From contig CAVYZN010000016.1 of NCBI GenBank assembly GCA_963773065.1, positions 80,904 through 144,903 of the forward strand: 64,000 nt of DNA, given 5' to 3'. Made by a program: the position numbers and the translations under genes. This DNA comes from an uncultured Gammaproteobacteria bacterium (GTDB taxonomy: Bacteria; Pseudomonadota; Gammaproteobacteria; UBA9214). The notes beneath the pieces are model-generated. The model was given only the letters and a program-made list of their open reading frames with translations, searched no databases and was not told the DNA's origin. This document shows positions 20,447-31,336 of the stretch, in pieces; within the stretch, counting starts at the first letter, position 1, and each line of letters starts with the position of its first letter.

Positions 20447-21073
20447 CTAACGCATCACGCCAAGAGTCAACCGCATGATAAGCATGGACTGGGATTTCAC
20501 GCCACACTTGTCATAAATCCGCTTCAAGTGCGATTTGACCGTATTCCGGCTAATTCCCAGTTCTTTAACCACGTTGTCTATGCTGCCGGTGATGAACAAC
20601 TGCCGGCAGACAGCCATCTCGGCATCGGTCATATGAAAGTAATCGCGCAATATGGCGGAGGGTAGTTCCGCTTTTTGATCCGGATCGTGGATGGATACTA
20701 TCCATACGCCATGATGCCGGGGTGGATCGTCATCCGATTGATTGCATAACGGACGCGCAATCACCTGGTAGGCCATCTTGCCCGACGGTCGTTCCACTCG
20801 CAGGACAACGGTGCAAGGTAAATCTTCCTTACCTGCCCGATTCAAAGACTCGTTGATTCGGTTCTTGAGATCATCCGCACCCCACTGATTCAACGCGAGG
20901 AAACCATGCGTGAGCCCGATTCCGTCCGATGTGGAAAATAGCCTGGCTGCCGTCTCATTATGGAGTATGACCTTCATCGACTCTGACACGATCACAACCC
21001 CGTACGGGATATGATCCAGGGTCTGCGTGGCAAGGTACTCTACAGGTTCGCATTTCAGACTATACGTATTCAT
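20447..21073 (-). CDS. PAS-LuxR HTH transcriptional regulator
   Basis: LDHIPYGVVIV PAS segment; MTDAE..V...L; LGISRNTVKSHLKRIYDKCGV.SQ. Confidence 0.85.
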   Translation of the reverse strand: MNTYSLKCEPVEYLATQTLDHIPYGVVIVSESMKVILHNETAARLFSTSDGIGLTHGFLALNQWGADDLKNRINESLNRAGKEDLPCTVVLRVERPSGKMAYQVIARPLCNQSDDDPPRHHGVWIVSIHDPDQKAELPSAILRDYFHMTDAEMAVCRQLFITGSIDNVVKELGISRNTVKSHLKRIYDKCGVKSQSMLIMRLTLGVMR

Positions 21074-21176
21074 ACGTATTCGTTGGTCCCATATCGCTTC
21101 TTTTTCACCATGCTTTGTGAGTTAAGCCTGCAATGACGTTTTCACTATCAATGCTAAGAACAGAAGAATTTCAAAA

Positions 21177-21196
21177 CATCACCCAAATGGGTGATG
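21177..21196. promoter_or_regulatory. Palindromic operator CATCACCC-AAAT-GGGTGATG
   Basis: Perfect 8 bp arms in the luxR/protease divergent region; related TACCCAAACGGGTA at 25353-25366. Confidence 0.55.
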
Positions 21197-21377
21197 CGTC
21201 ATCGGCGGGAGTCTGACTAGATTATCAGCGTGGAAATAGTGCATTCACATTTACGCGACAGAACGGCTGTTGCCGCCTTAGTAGCCCCCTCCGTAAGAAT
21301 AGTTGTCACTGTTGTCTATAACGCCAAGAGTAAGTGGGAGGCGGAAGGTGACGAAAGTTGTCGAGGTATTCGCAGGA

Positions 21378-21757
21378 TGCCTGCACCGGGTGTGCTGCAC
21401 CACTCCGACCGGGGAAGCCAGTACGCCAGCGGAGCGTTCCAGGACAAGCTCGCGGACTACGGCATGACGTGCTCGATTAGCCGCAGGGGGAACTGCTGGG
21501 ATAACACGCCGACGGAAAGCTGGTTCAACAGTTTCAAGAATGAGCGGACGCATGGCACGTATTACGCCACGCGTGCCGAAGCAACGGCCGATGCCTTCGA
21601 TTACATCGAGGTGTTCTACAACCGCAAACACCGTCATTCGACCCGCGGTTACAAGGTACCTATCCAGTAGCTTGACGACTGGATCAGTGTTCAACACAGG
21701 AATGAGCTGGTTGCATGAAGCAACCCGGTTGGAAGACGAAAAACCGGAGGAACCTCA
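21378..21757 (+). mobile_element. IS3-family remnant (integrase core C-terminus plus right end)
   Basis: HHSDRGSQYAS, SRRGNCWDN...ESWF.SFK.E, DYIEVFYNR.HRHS; ends in ...CCGGAGGAACCTCA. Confidence 0.88.
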
Positions 21758-21783
21758 CTACAACGAAAAACAGGAGAACATGT

Positions 21784-24387
21784 ATGAACCGTATCTTCTT
21801 CAGTCTGGCTCGTAACACCCTGCTCGGTGCAGCGCTGACGACACTTTGCGCCTGTGGAGGCGGTGGCGGTGGTGGCAGCGGTGACACGGGGGGCGTGAAT
21901 CCCCCGCCCTCCACGGGCATCACCCTGAGCGGCACGATTGGTGTGCCCGCCGGTATCTCGGTCGACAACGATGTCAACGATCCACACGCGCTCTATGCCG
22001 AGAATGACAGCCCCGCCTCGGCGCAGTCCATCGCCAATCCGACGATGGTCGGCGGTTATGCGAACAGCCCGGGGGCCGGAAATTCAGGTCGCTCGCAGGT
22101 CGCGGGGGATGTGAGTGACTTCTATCAGGTCACCCTGAGCGCCAACCAGACGCTGCTGCTGTCGTTGGCCGACCCCGATGCCGGCGATTTGGATCTCTAC
22201 CTCTGGGACAGCAACGGCACCACCATCCTCGATGCCTCGCTCAACACCGGACCGTTGGAGTCGCTCACCGTCGCCGCGGCCGGCACCTATTTCGTGGAGG
22301 TGCAGGCCAAGCGTGGCGCGACCAACTACACCCTGGGCGTCGGTCAGAACGTACCGGCGGCCATCGGCGATCTGGTGTTCGGTGCCGAGTTTGTGCCGGG
22401 CGAGGTGGTCGCGCGCTTCCGGGATGACCGCGCCTCCTTCAGCACGGCCTCGAGCGGATTGGCCCGCGTTCAAGCCCTGGGCCTGCAGCTCGAGGCCGGT
22501 GAGCCCGAGCGCGAAATGTTGCTCCAGGTGGGTGAGGAAGCGGACTTGCGCCGCGCCGCCTCGGTAACCGCTGATGCAGCCGATGCCGATACGGCGCGTC
22601 GGGCGGCCATCGCCGATTCTGAGCTGCAGCGCAAGTGGGACACGTTGCAGGCGATCAAGGCCTTGCGTCTGCGTCCCGATGTGGCCCTTGCCGAGCCGAA
22701 CTTCATCCGTAGGGCCGATGCCACTCCCAACGATGAGTTCTATCGGTATCAATGGCACTATCCGATGATCAACGTCTCCGGCGCCTGGGATCTGGTTGCT
22801 GGCCGTGGCGATGTCGTCGTGGCGGTGATCGACACCGGCGTGCTGCTGGGTCATCCGGATCTGCAGGGCCAATTGCTGCCGGGCTTTGACTTTATCCGCG
22901 ATCCGAACAACGCCCAGGATGGCGATGGCATCGATAGCAATCCCGATGATCCGGGAGATGATCGCTACAATGGCAACAGCTCCTTTCACGGTACCCATGT
23001 CTCCGGCACGATTGCCGCGGCCACCAACAACAACGTGGGTGTGGCCGGCATCGCTCCCATGGCCAATATCATGCCACTGCGCGTGCTCGGCGCCAAAGGC
23101 GTCGGCTACTCCTATGACATCCTCCAGGCGGTGCGCTATGCGGCCGGTCTCAGCAATGATTCCGGCACCCTGCCGGCGCGCCGCGCCGACATCATCAATC
23201 TGAGTCTGAGCGGCGCCAGCGCCTCCCAGGCCGAGCAGGATGTGTACACGCAGGCGCGCGCCCGGGGTGTGATCATCGCGGCTGCCGCCGGCAACAGCTC
23301 TAGCTCGGTCCCACAATACCCTGCCTCCTATGCCGGCGTCGTCGCGGTCAGCGCTGTCAATATCGGTCGCACCCTGGCCCACTACTCCAATTTCGGCGCC
23401 AGCGTCGATGTGGCCGCTCCTGGGGGTGATTCCGGTGACTAAAATGGCGACGGTGCGCAGGATATGGTCATGAGCACCGGTGGCAGCGATGCGTACGGAA
23501 CCATCGCCTATACGTATCGACCCATGGCCGGCACGTCCATGGCCATGCCGCACGTCGTCGGCGTGGCCGCCCTCATGAAGGCCGTCAACCCGGCACTGAC
23601 GCCGGATCAGTTCGATGCCCTGCTCGCACGCGGTGATCTGACCATCGATCTTGGCACCCCCGGCCGTGACGATTACTACGGCTACGGGCTGATCGATGCC
23701 CGCAAGGCGGTGCAAGCCGCCATGACCGGTACCCAGCCGCCGGTCAGCCCGCACCTGGTGGTTGCACCCGCCTCGCTCAACTTCGGCGACGACACGACCG
23801 TCGCCACCGTGGCACTGAGCAACGACGGGGGTGGCTCCCTGTCCGTGAATCCTCCGACCGACGACGCGACCTGGCTCAGCGTAAGCCCCGCGCAGGCCGG
23901 CAACCCGATGGGCGCCTATGTGGTAACTGTGAACCGCAGCGGCCTGGGCGCTGGCACGTACTCGGCCACGATCACCTTCAGTTCTTCGGCCAATACGGTG
24001 AGTGTGCCCGTGATCATGCAGGTCACGAATCATCCGCTGTTCGGTGACGCCGGCTACCACTACGTGCTGCTCATCGACTCGGCGAGCGGGGAAACGGTCG
24101 ATCAGTTCGAGGCCCAGGCCAGCAATGGCGTCTACGCCTACCGCTTCGTCGATGTCGCACCGGGACGCTATGAGATCTTCGCCGGCACCGACGCCAACAA
24201 CGACACCTACATCTGTGATCCGGGCGAGGCATGCGGTGGCTATACCACCCTCGACCAGCCCAAGGACCTGGATGTCAGTGACTCACTCAGTGGACTGGAC
24301 TTCAGCACCGGCTTCGAGCTGAGCGTTCCGGCGGCGGCTGACACCGGGGCGCCGCAGCAGTCCCACGCGCTGCGGCGCCATCACTAA
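21784..24387 (+). CDS. Lipoprotein S8 subtilase with PPC-like, BACON-like and C-terminal beta domains; in-frame TAA at 23440-23442
   Basis: Lipobox LCAC-GGGG; catalytic VAVIDTG, HGTHVSG, AAAGN and GTSMAMPHV; both halves lie in the same frame. Confidence 0.88.
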
Positions 24388-24412
24388 GACCAGTGCCATG
24401 GGAGACGACCTT

Positions 24413-24934
24413 ATGAACACACTGGCCATACTCTCCCTCACGGCCGTGGCGGTCCTCGCCACGGCCTGTGGGCAAACCACGGAGCCCGGCGCCGGAACCG
24501 AAGTCGTGACTGCCGAGGTAATCTACCGCACCGCACAATGCAGCGGCGGCATACGGGAACCGGCCATGACCTGGATCGAGGATGCCACGGCCCTCACCCA
24601 ACTGCTTGCGCGCCTCGACCCGCCGTTCCCGGGTAGCAGCGCCCCTTCGATACCGGTGGTCGACTTCGCTCACGAGCGCGTACTGCTCATCGACATGGGT
24701 GAGCACCCCACCGCCGGTTATGGCCTCGCGCTCGGCGCACCCGCGCCCACGCGCGAGGACGGTCGCCTCACTATCACCGTGCAGTGGACCGAACCGCCAC
24801 CCGGGGCCATCACCGCGCAGGTGCTCACCCACCCCTGCCTGCTGCTCAAGTTCCCGCGCCTGAACACAACCACCGTGCGGGTCGTGGACCAGCACGGACA
24901 AACCCGTATCCAAACCCATACCAGCGGAGAATGA
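24413..24934 (+). CDS. PrcB-family protease complex lipoprotein
   Basis: Lipobox ATAC; VDF..ERVLLIDMGEHPTAGY.L; PPPGAITAQVLTHPCLL. Confidence 0.75.
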   Translation: MNTLAILSLTAVAVLATACGQTTEPGAGTEVVTAEVIYRTAQCSGGIREPAMTWIEDATALTQLLARLDPPFPGSSAPSIPVVDFAHERVLLIDMGEHPTAGYGLALGAPAPTREDGRLTITVQWTEPPPGAITAQVLTHPCLLLKFPRLNTTTVRVVDQHGQTRIQTHTSGE

Positions 24935-25465
24935 ACTTGACTTCGTAATGCTGTCTTTGCTTCTTTATACCTGCATCTCCTTCTCAATAAATATCATAGG
25001 GAAAAACCGGTTCGGGCTCTAGGCGATAAGCCCAAGGTCTCCAGTCAACCGCCCGCAGTCCAGACGGCGCCTTGACCGTTATGTAGAGGAACAGAGTTTG
25101 AACCAGAGGTAAGACACGCCACGATTGCGAAGGCGAAGACAACACGATGCCCAACAGGTAAGACCGACGTCAGGAAACTCCGTTATATGTAGTGGCCAAT
25201 AAGGCCGACACCCTATGAGAAACCCGGCGTGCGCATTGCATTATGGCTCGAGCCAAAGCATGGCTCACTCAGAGGCCGAATAGATACACGCAATCCTTAC
25301 CCCTAATGGCAAAGTCAGATTTTCCCCTTGCAAAACGGGTGGAGTCCATAGATACCCAAACGGGTAGGGCGCTTCAGTCAGCGGGGCGCAATATGGTCTT
25401 CGATGATTGATAGAGAGGATAAATACATTGGTTGAGTGGCCAGAAGTAAAAATAGCGGGTGAATT

Positions 25466-25663
25466 GTGAGCCTGATCATAAGACAGACGGGCAGTCGTCG
25501 TTTCGATTTACCTGCCGAATTTCCGTTAGCGGATAGTCAGGGAGTTTTTGTGATTCAAGATCGAAGACGATTGCCTGACCGACGAACGGCAATGCATGAC
25601 CTTAACGATCTAAAGGACATACTCTCGAAATTAGTTGGAAACATAGAGAACTCTTGGGGATAG
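25466..25663 (+). CDS. Small hypothetical protein with DRRRLPDRR motif
   Basis: 65 aa; FPL.DSQG..V..DRRRLPDRR. Confidence 0.55.
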   Translation: MSLIIRQTGSRRFDLPAEFPLADSQGVFVIQDRRRLPDRRTAMHDLNDLKDILSKLVGNIENSWG

Positions 25664-25969
25664 CCCACGTTTTGGTGTACTCGGATGGCCGTTGCGAGTA
25701 TTGAATTGACAGGAATCAAGCTCTTTAATACGTATTTCTACGTATACATAACCACGTAATTACCAGCACCTACTCTGAAATTCTCATTGTGTATTATTTC
25801 GCACGGGGATAATAATTCCCTTGCCTGACTTTAGGTAATTACCTGAAACAAGAAGTCCGAACCGGCAGGTAGGGTAAAGAACCCAGTCGTTAAGGAATAC
25901 CCCCGCCACGATAGAGGGCGAGTCTTTAACCGGCGGAAATAACAACACGAGAATCTAAGGAGTTCCCCC

Positions 25970-26134
25970 ATGCGTATGTCACGTCTGTATGGCGATTCGC
26001 TGGACGCGGCAGATGAAGCGCTCGGCGTTTCGCGGGAGACTGCCAAGACACACTTGACCCACGTGTTCCAGAAGACGGGTACGCACCGTTAGACTGAGAT
26101 CGCCGCGCTCCTGTTGCGCTTGCCCGGAGCCTGA
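25970..26134 (+). pseudogene. LuxR HTH remnant with premature TAG
   Basis: ALGVSRETAKTHLTHVFQKTGTHR*TEI; TAG at 26090 where a Gln codon is expected. Confidence 0.7.
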
Positions 26135-26165
26135 GTCTCGACGTCATACCTTCCCAAGGAGAGTC

Positions 26166-27337
26166 ATGCCCAAGATGCTGCACAGCGACGACCTCTCGGC
26201 CCTGAACGGCACGATCTATGACGCCGGCGCCGACCCTCGGCGATGGCCCGAGTGTCTGAGAGCACTGGCGCAAGCGGTTGGGTCGGAGCAGGCGCTCATG
26301 CTTCACTCGGAGAAGGATTCAACACCCGGTCAGGAACTCTTCACGACGGGCCTCGACCTCGACGTGATCGCGCGTTGGAATGGTTGCAAGGATCACGTCG
26401 ACGTATGGCTGCAGCACGTTTTCGAGGTTCCCGCCAACGCCGCCTATTTCTCCACCGATATCGTCAACTCCGATGTCTTGCACGGATCCGGGTTCCACGC
26501 CGATATCTTGCGCCCGCTCGGCATCGAATACAGCCTGGGTGGCGTTACGGAGAACGGCTCGCTCCGTACGGGCTTTTTCGCCGTATACCGGAGCGCACGC
26601 GCGGGCCCGTACACGGAGCGGGACAAGAACCTCTACCGCCTGCTGGTTCCCCACGTACGCCGCGCGCTGACATTAGGACGACAACTTGCACTCGTCCACG
26701 ACCGGGAGATGACCTTTCGCCAGGCCCTGGATTGCGCGCCCTTTGGCGTCATCGGCGTAGGCGCGAACGGCCGCGCACTCGTGGTCAATGCGGAGGCTAA
26801 CCGGATTCTGTCCGAAGGGGACGGCATCACGCTGCGCTCCGATCGGATCAGGTTGTCGATCCACGAACAACAACTCGCGTTGGAGCGAATGGTCGCCGCG
26901 GCGATCCGGACCGCCGGCGGACGGTGGGTTCCGCAGGTGGATCATTGAGCGTTCCACGGCCGTCAGGCAAGCGCTCCTACCAGATCCTTATTTGCCCGCT
27001 TCGAGCAGAATCCGACGGACCTTGGCTGGATGTCGGCGGTGTCTGTCTCGTGCTGATGCACGATCCGGAACAGCACGCGAAACCCTCAGCCGTCTTGCTG
27101 CGTCGATGGTACGGCTTGACGGCGGCCGAAGCCCGCCTTTGCGCCGCACTGATGGAGTGCGGATCGATCGATGAAGTCGTCGAGCGGTTGGGGATCAGCC
27201 GCAACACCGCAAAGACTCATCTGGCACACGTGTTTGCCAAGGTGGGGGTCCGGTCGCAGACCGAGCTGCTGCGTGATCTGGCGCTGGGGCTGGCGCATTC
27301 GGGATTCCTTTCTCGACAACACGCTGGCAGTCCATAG
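26166..27337 (+). CDS. GAF/PAS-LuxR regulator (frameshift near 26925)
   Basis: IYDA.ADP..W, LL.PHVRRAL, LD..PFGVI; GLT.AEARL; LGISRNTAKTHLAHVFAK.GV.SQ.EL. Confidence 0.82.
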
Positions 27338-27467
27338 CATTTGGGATTGAGGAGACAGCGTTCCTCCCTGACCAGCCTGTGAAGAATCGATGACTGACAT
27401 CCTATCCCATTAACGTCGTTGGGGAATAGGTATACTGTCCCCTGAAAAGTAAAGCTGAAGATCCCCG

Positions 27468-27752
27468 ATGAAGATGAACCGCTACCACAATGTGTTCGAT
27501 GCGCTGGAAGACGATCCGGCGATTGCCGAGAACCTGAAAATCCGTGCGCAATTGATGAATGCGCTGACCCGGTATATCGAGAAGCGGGGACTCACCCAGG
27601 CGAAAGCCGCCGAACTGTTCGAGGTCAACCAGCCTCGAATCAGTGATCTCGTACGGGGCAAGATCGAGCGCTTCATCATCGATATGCTGGTCAACATGCT
27701 GGCCCGTGCCGGGAAGCGCCTCAACGTGAGGGTATCCAACCAGGCCGCCTGA
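27468..27752 (+). CDS. XRE/HigA-type HTH antitoxin (no adjacent toxin)
   Basis: NVFDAL.D....ENLKIRA.LM; LTQAKAAELF.V.QPRISDLVRGKI. Confidence 0.85.
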   Translation: MKMNRYHNVFDALEDDPAIAENLKIRAQLMNALTRYIEKRGLTQAKAAELFEVNQPRISDLVRGKIERFIIDMLVNMLARAGKRLNVRVSNQAA

Positions 27753-27948
27753 AAAACGTCAGGGATAGACCACCTTTTCCGGCTTCGGGAACTGGCGAAA
27801 AATAAATCTGGCCCTGGAGGGTGGCGGGTTCCAAAACTGTTGATGTGTAAGCATGTTAGAAAACCGCAGGGAAGCCCCGGCGTCTGACCCAGGTTTCCCA
27901 TGACATCAAGTACTGTATGGGCAGCGATGTGGAGAGCAGGGAGAAGCG

Positions 27949-28257
27949 ATGATTCTGGAAGACGGTTTCGGAAACAAGGTGCGGCTTACAGACGAACGGC
28001 TTGCCCACATTCTGGATCATCCCGAAATGCGGGGAATGGAGAAGGAAATCGAGCGGGTACTGCGCGAGCCGCAGCGCGTTCGGCGGTCGCGCACGGACGA
28101 AGCTGTGCGGCTGTTTTATGGGTTCTACGCCCAGACATTGGTGGGTGGCAAATGGTTGTGCGTTGTGGTTAAGTACCTCACGAACGATACTTTTGTGATC
28201 ACCGCTTACCTGACCGACAAACCGAAAGCCGGAGAAGACCTATGGCCGAAAAAGTGA
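27949..28257 (+). CDS. Barnase/RelE-like (DUF4258-type) putative toxin
   Basis: VRLTDERLAHI..HPEM; CVVVKY...FVITAYLTDK; overlaps DUF2283. Confidence 0.7.
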   Translation: MILEDGFGNKVRLTDERLAHILDHPEMRGMEKEIERVLREPQRVRRSRTDEAVRLFYGFYAQTLVGGKWLCVVVKYLTNDTFVITAYLTDKPKAGEDLWPKK

Positions 28258-28451
28258 AAGTGTGGTTCGATGTGGAGGCGGATTACCTCGAAGTTCAGTT
28301 TCGAGAAGGCGTGGGCTATATGAAGGAAACCGCCCACGATGCCGTGATGGAACGGGTGGATATGCAAGGTAATGTGCTCGGGTTCAGCATCCTCGGCGTG
28401 AGCCGGTTCCGGAAGGATAAGCCACTGGAGGCGGAACTGACTGCGACGTGA
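28242..28451 (+). CDS. DUF2283 putative antitoxin
   Basis: VWFD.EADYLEV.F; MERVD..GNVLGFSI. Confidence 0.78.
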   Translation: MAEKVKVWFDVEADYLEVQFREGVGYMKETAHDAVMERVDMQGNVLGFSILGVSRFRKDKPLEAELTAT

Positions 28452-28550
28452 ACCGTCACGTCTCCCCCTTGAAGGTTTGACCGGGAGCAATGACATAAAA
28501 ACGTGAGATTTAGTTTCTGGGGATAGTTACGGAAAATGAATCTATCACGT

Positions 28551-28736
28551 TCAATCACCACGGCCCAACAACTCGGCCTTGACCTGTTCATGCGGGATGG
28601 TGCGGCCCGCCTCGATATCGGCCAGCCCTTCCTCGATCTTCTGCTTCACATACAGTTCGTACATGATGTCGTCCCAGGTCGCCTGATCGGGCAGGCGGTC
28701 AATGATCTGCCGGGCGGCGTCTTTGGCGCTTTGCAT
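28551..28736 (-). CDS. Small ParD-like antitoxin (no adjacent toxin)
   Basis: LPD.ATWDDIMYELYV.QKIEEGLADIEAGRTI.HE.VK. Confidence 0.75.
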   Translation of the reverse strand: MQSAKDAARQIIDRLPDQATWDDIMYELYVKQKIEEGLADIEAGRTIPHEQVKAELLGRGD

Positions 28737-28806
28737 GGTCTGGGTTCTCCATCGTTCTCTCGTTTAGCCGCTGGTCATTTAGCGGGGAATTGCGGGAACA
28801 GTATAC

Positions 28807-29049
28807 CTAAGACGCCTTCTTAAATCGCTCCAGGCCATCGAGGATGAAGACTCGGATCAAAACTTGGTACGGAATCCCATGCTTCTCCGCGACAGCCTTG
28901 AGTTCCTGAATCGTCGTCTCATCGAGAGCAACGCTGGTTGGCCTTTTGGGTGAATGCTTAAAGCGCTTCATTGCGGCCAGAATCTTGTTGGAATCCAGCT
29001 CGACAGGAGCCTCATAGGTTTTCAGCGATTTTACGTAGGATTTCTTCAT
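28807..29049 (-). CDS. BrnA/CopG-like antitoxin
   Basis: TSVALD...IQELK.VA...GIPYQ.LIR; overlaps brnT. Confidence 0.75.
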   Translation of the reverse strand: MKKSYVKSLKTYEAPVELDSNKILAAMKRFKHSPKRPTSVALDETTIQELKAVAEKHGIPYQVLIRVFILDGLERFKKAS

Positions 29050-29350
29050 ATTGCTTTTTCTCCTTACTATGTGCGGGTCTCGCGCTAATGACGCGGACTC
29101 GTCCTTCTCTTAATACAAAAGCCACTTGTAGGAATTTGCCATTGATCGTTGGCCCGACAAGACCAAGGCGCTGTTCGTTCGCCGGCGGACTGACTTGAAT
29201 TCCAAGCGGCAAAGCGAGACCGGAACGAAACACGGCCTCAACCTCTTCAATGGAAGTCTTGTGCTTGGTGGCGTTCTTGGTCTGGTTTCCTTTATCCCAT
29301 TCGAATTCAAAGTGAGAGGTTTCAAGAATCCAAAAGAGCAGCCATTCCAC
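29012..29350 (-). CDS. brnT: BrnT-family toxin
   Basis: FEWDKGN..KN..KH....EEVE.VF; RVRVISARPA..KE. Confidence 0.85.
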   Translation of the reverse strand: MEWLLFWILETSHFEFEWDKGNQTKNATKHKTSIEEVEAVFRSGLALPLGIQVSPPANEQRLGLVGPTINGKFLQVAFVLREGRVRVISARPAHSKEKKQYEEILRKIAENL

Positions 29351-29812
29351 AAATTCCCACTAAGCCATGGTGCACTATACCGCCACTATATCAATAGTGT
29401 CGAGTGGTCTTTCTCCCGAAGGATCATGGGCTAGCCGCTGATGCGGCTATCGAGAGCGCTCGCCCCAATGGGCAACGGCGCTTGCGCGATATCATCCTTC
29501 TGAAAAGGGAATGTAAAGACAGGGTGACAACACGAGAAATGCCACTTGGGGCAGGAGGAACCAGGTGGGATCGTCGGCCGCAGGGACGATGCACAGGGAT
29601 GTGCAAGTGTTGCGTGAGGGCAGGATGCCCGTAGCGACTGCGGCCGGCGAGCCTCCAAGGATGGATTTACAGTGAGTCACGCCTGGCCCCTTCCTGCCCT
29701 TGGCCCATGAGTTATCCGGCATTGCCACTGACGGCCTTGGTGAGTGCCATTCGAGTCTGATGTTTCGATTCTCCGGGGTCACAGATTGTTCTTTCTTTAC
29801 CGGGTCCGCGTG

Positions 29813-30364
29813 CTAAAGCCTCGACACGAACGGACTGCCCTTGACGTAGAAGCGCAGCAGCCGTTTCGCCCAGTGTCCCGCGTAGTCCACGCCGATGCGC
29901 GGCCGCCTGACGATCGTCACCGGCGCCTCGCCGGTGGGTGCGGCGATGTAGAGGTCGTCGCTCAGGAGGTCGTGCGCGTTCAGGCGCCGGTCGATGCCCA
30001 TCGCCTTGCACAGCAGGCCCGGTCCCGAGGTGCGCCCCTCGATTTTCTGCACCGGTTCCACGGCGCGCAGCAGCACGGCCGAGGCGTGTCCTTCCTCCAT
30101 GGTCACGACGTTCATGCAGCAGTGCATGCCGTAGATCAGGTAAACGTAGGCATGACCGGGCGGGCCGAACATGACCTCGGTCCGCGCGGTGCGGCCCCGC
30201 GCGGAGTGCGCGGCGAGATCATGCGGCCCGAGGTAGGCCTCGACCTCGACGATGCGGCCGATGCGCTCGACGCCCTGCGACACGTGGACCAGGTACTTGC
30301 CGAGCAGTTCGCGCGCGACGACGATCGTGTCGCGATCGTAGAACCTGCGGGGGAGCCTGCGAAT
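29813..30364 (-). CDS. mpg: 3-methyladenine DNA glycosylase (MPG/AAG family)
   Basis: LPRRFYDRDTIVVARELLGK, GRIVEVEAY, MFGPPG.AYVY.IYGMH, GPG.LCKA, PRIGV; the frame continues to an ATT at 30364 (atypical or mutated start). Confidence 0.88.
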   Translation of the reverse strand: MRRLPRRFYDRDTIVVARELLGKYLVHVSQGVERIGRIVEVEAYLGPHDLAAHSARGRTARTEVMFGPPGHAYVYLIYGMHCCMNVVTMEEGHASAVLLRAVEPVQKIEGRTSGPGLLCKAMGIDRRLNAHDLLSDDLYIAAPTGEAPVTIVRRPRIGVDYAGHWAKRLLRFYVKGSPFVSRL

Positions 30365-30463
30365 GGCTATTGCGCGGCCACTCGTCGCACCGGCACGCCC
30401 AACGGCAGGACCCGCGGGGGTACACCGTCGAGTCGTGATGATGCATGCGCCAATGGGAACGCG

Positions 30464-30790
30464 TTACCTAAGCAGGCGTCGTTCGAGTAACGACGGCATG
30501 TCCCTGCGCCCATCGAGGACGCAATGAATGTATACGTCCAGCCCGATTACCTCGTAGACGACACGATACGGCTTGAAGTGAACCTCACGGTATGCCGTCA
30601 CACCGATGCGAGCCAGCTCGGGTGGGATATGGCCTCGTTCGGGTAACTCGGTAAGGCGCGAACAGCACGATTCCAGTTGGTCCAGCACGTACGCTGCCTT
30701 TTCGACCGAGTCATGGGATTCAATGTAACGGTAGATGTCGATCAGGTCCTGCTCCGCATCCTCGGCAAGTCGGATGCGATAGCGCTTCAC
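30464..30790 (-). CDS. ParE/RelE toxin
   Basis: AEQDL.DIY.YI, L.ELPERG, YRE..FKPYRVVY, LDGRRDM. Confidence 0.88.
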   Translation of the reverse strand: MKRYRIRLAEDAEQDLIDIYRYIESHDSVEKAAYVLDQLESCCSRLTELPERGHIPPELARIGVTAYREVHFKPYRVVYEVIGLDVYIHCVLDGRRDMPSLLERRLLR

Positions 30791-31068
30791 TCGGGTCGTT
30801 CCTTGAGGCGCTTGCGGATATCCGCGAAGGCCCTCTTGACGGGCTTGCTGCGACCTTCTTGCAAGCTCCTGGAACTCTGGGCTAGCATCTTGAGCAGCGC
30901 CAGGGACTCCTGGGTCTGCTCGTAACTGGCAATATCCTGTAGTACCGCCTTGGCCTCACCGTGTTGTGTGATCACCATGGCCCGCTGGCCCTCGCTGACG
31001 TCCCGCAGTGCCTCGGCGGTGTGGTTCTTGAGGTAGCTGATGGGTTTGACCGATTCACTTAGTTTCAT
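30787..31068 (-). CDS. Phd/YefM antitoxin
   Basis: VKPISYLK.H.AE, VITQHGEAKAVLQDI.SYEQ. Confidence 0.88.
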   Translation of the reverse strand: MKLSESVKPISYLKNHTAEALRDVSEGQRAMVITQHGEAKAVLQDIASYEQTQESLALLKMLAQSSRSLQEGRSKPVKRAFADIRKRLKERPE

Positions 31069-31117
31069 GACGCTCTCCGCCTCTGGGCTCTGTTGCGTGC
31101 CAAATATAAAGCATAGG

Positions 31118-31138
31118 CCAACTATAGGCCATAGTTGG
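31118..31138. promoter_or_regulatory. Palindromic TA operator CCAACTAT-N5-ATAGTTGG
   Basis: Perfect 8 bp inverted repeat 50 bp upstream of the phd start. Confidence 0.6.
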
Positions 31139-31336
31139 TACCACCATAATGATCCCCCCGAATGGTGAAGGTTCATCTGGGCAAACAATGTTTCCCTGTA
31201 TGATCAGAAGTGTCCGCTGCCGTGTTCACAGCCCGGCGCCGCCCGCTTGCCGTGGTGCGGCAACAACCGATGCTTGACGGGTATTTTCCAGCGGGTATAT
31301 CGTTGCCACGCCATCACAAACATAAGGAGGGGGAAC

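Noticed and set aside
22084-24060. 658 aa minus-strand ORF
   Set aside because: Antisense shadow of the S8 protease
24935-25340. Possible ncRNA or riboswitch in a long intergenic region (AGGTAAGAC occurs twice)
   Set aside because: No recognisable RNA family motif or convincing fold by eye; an Rfam/Infernal scan would be needed
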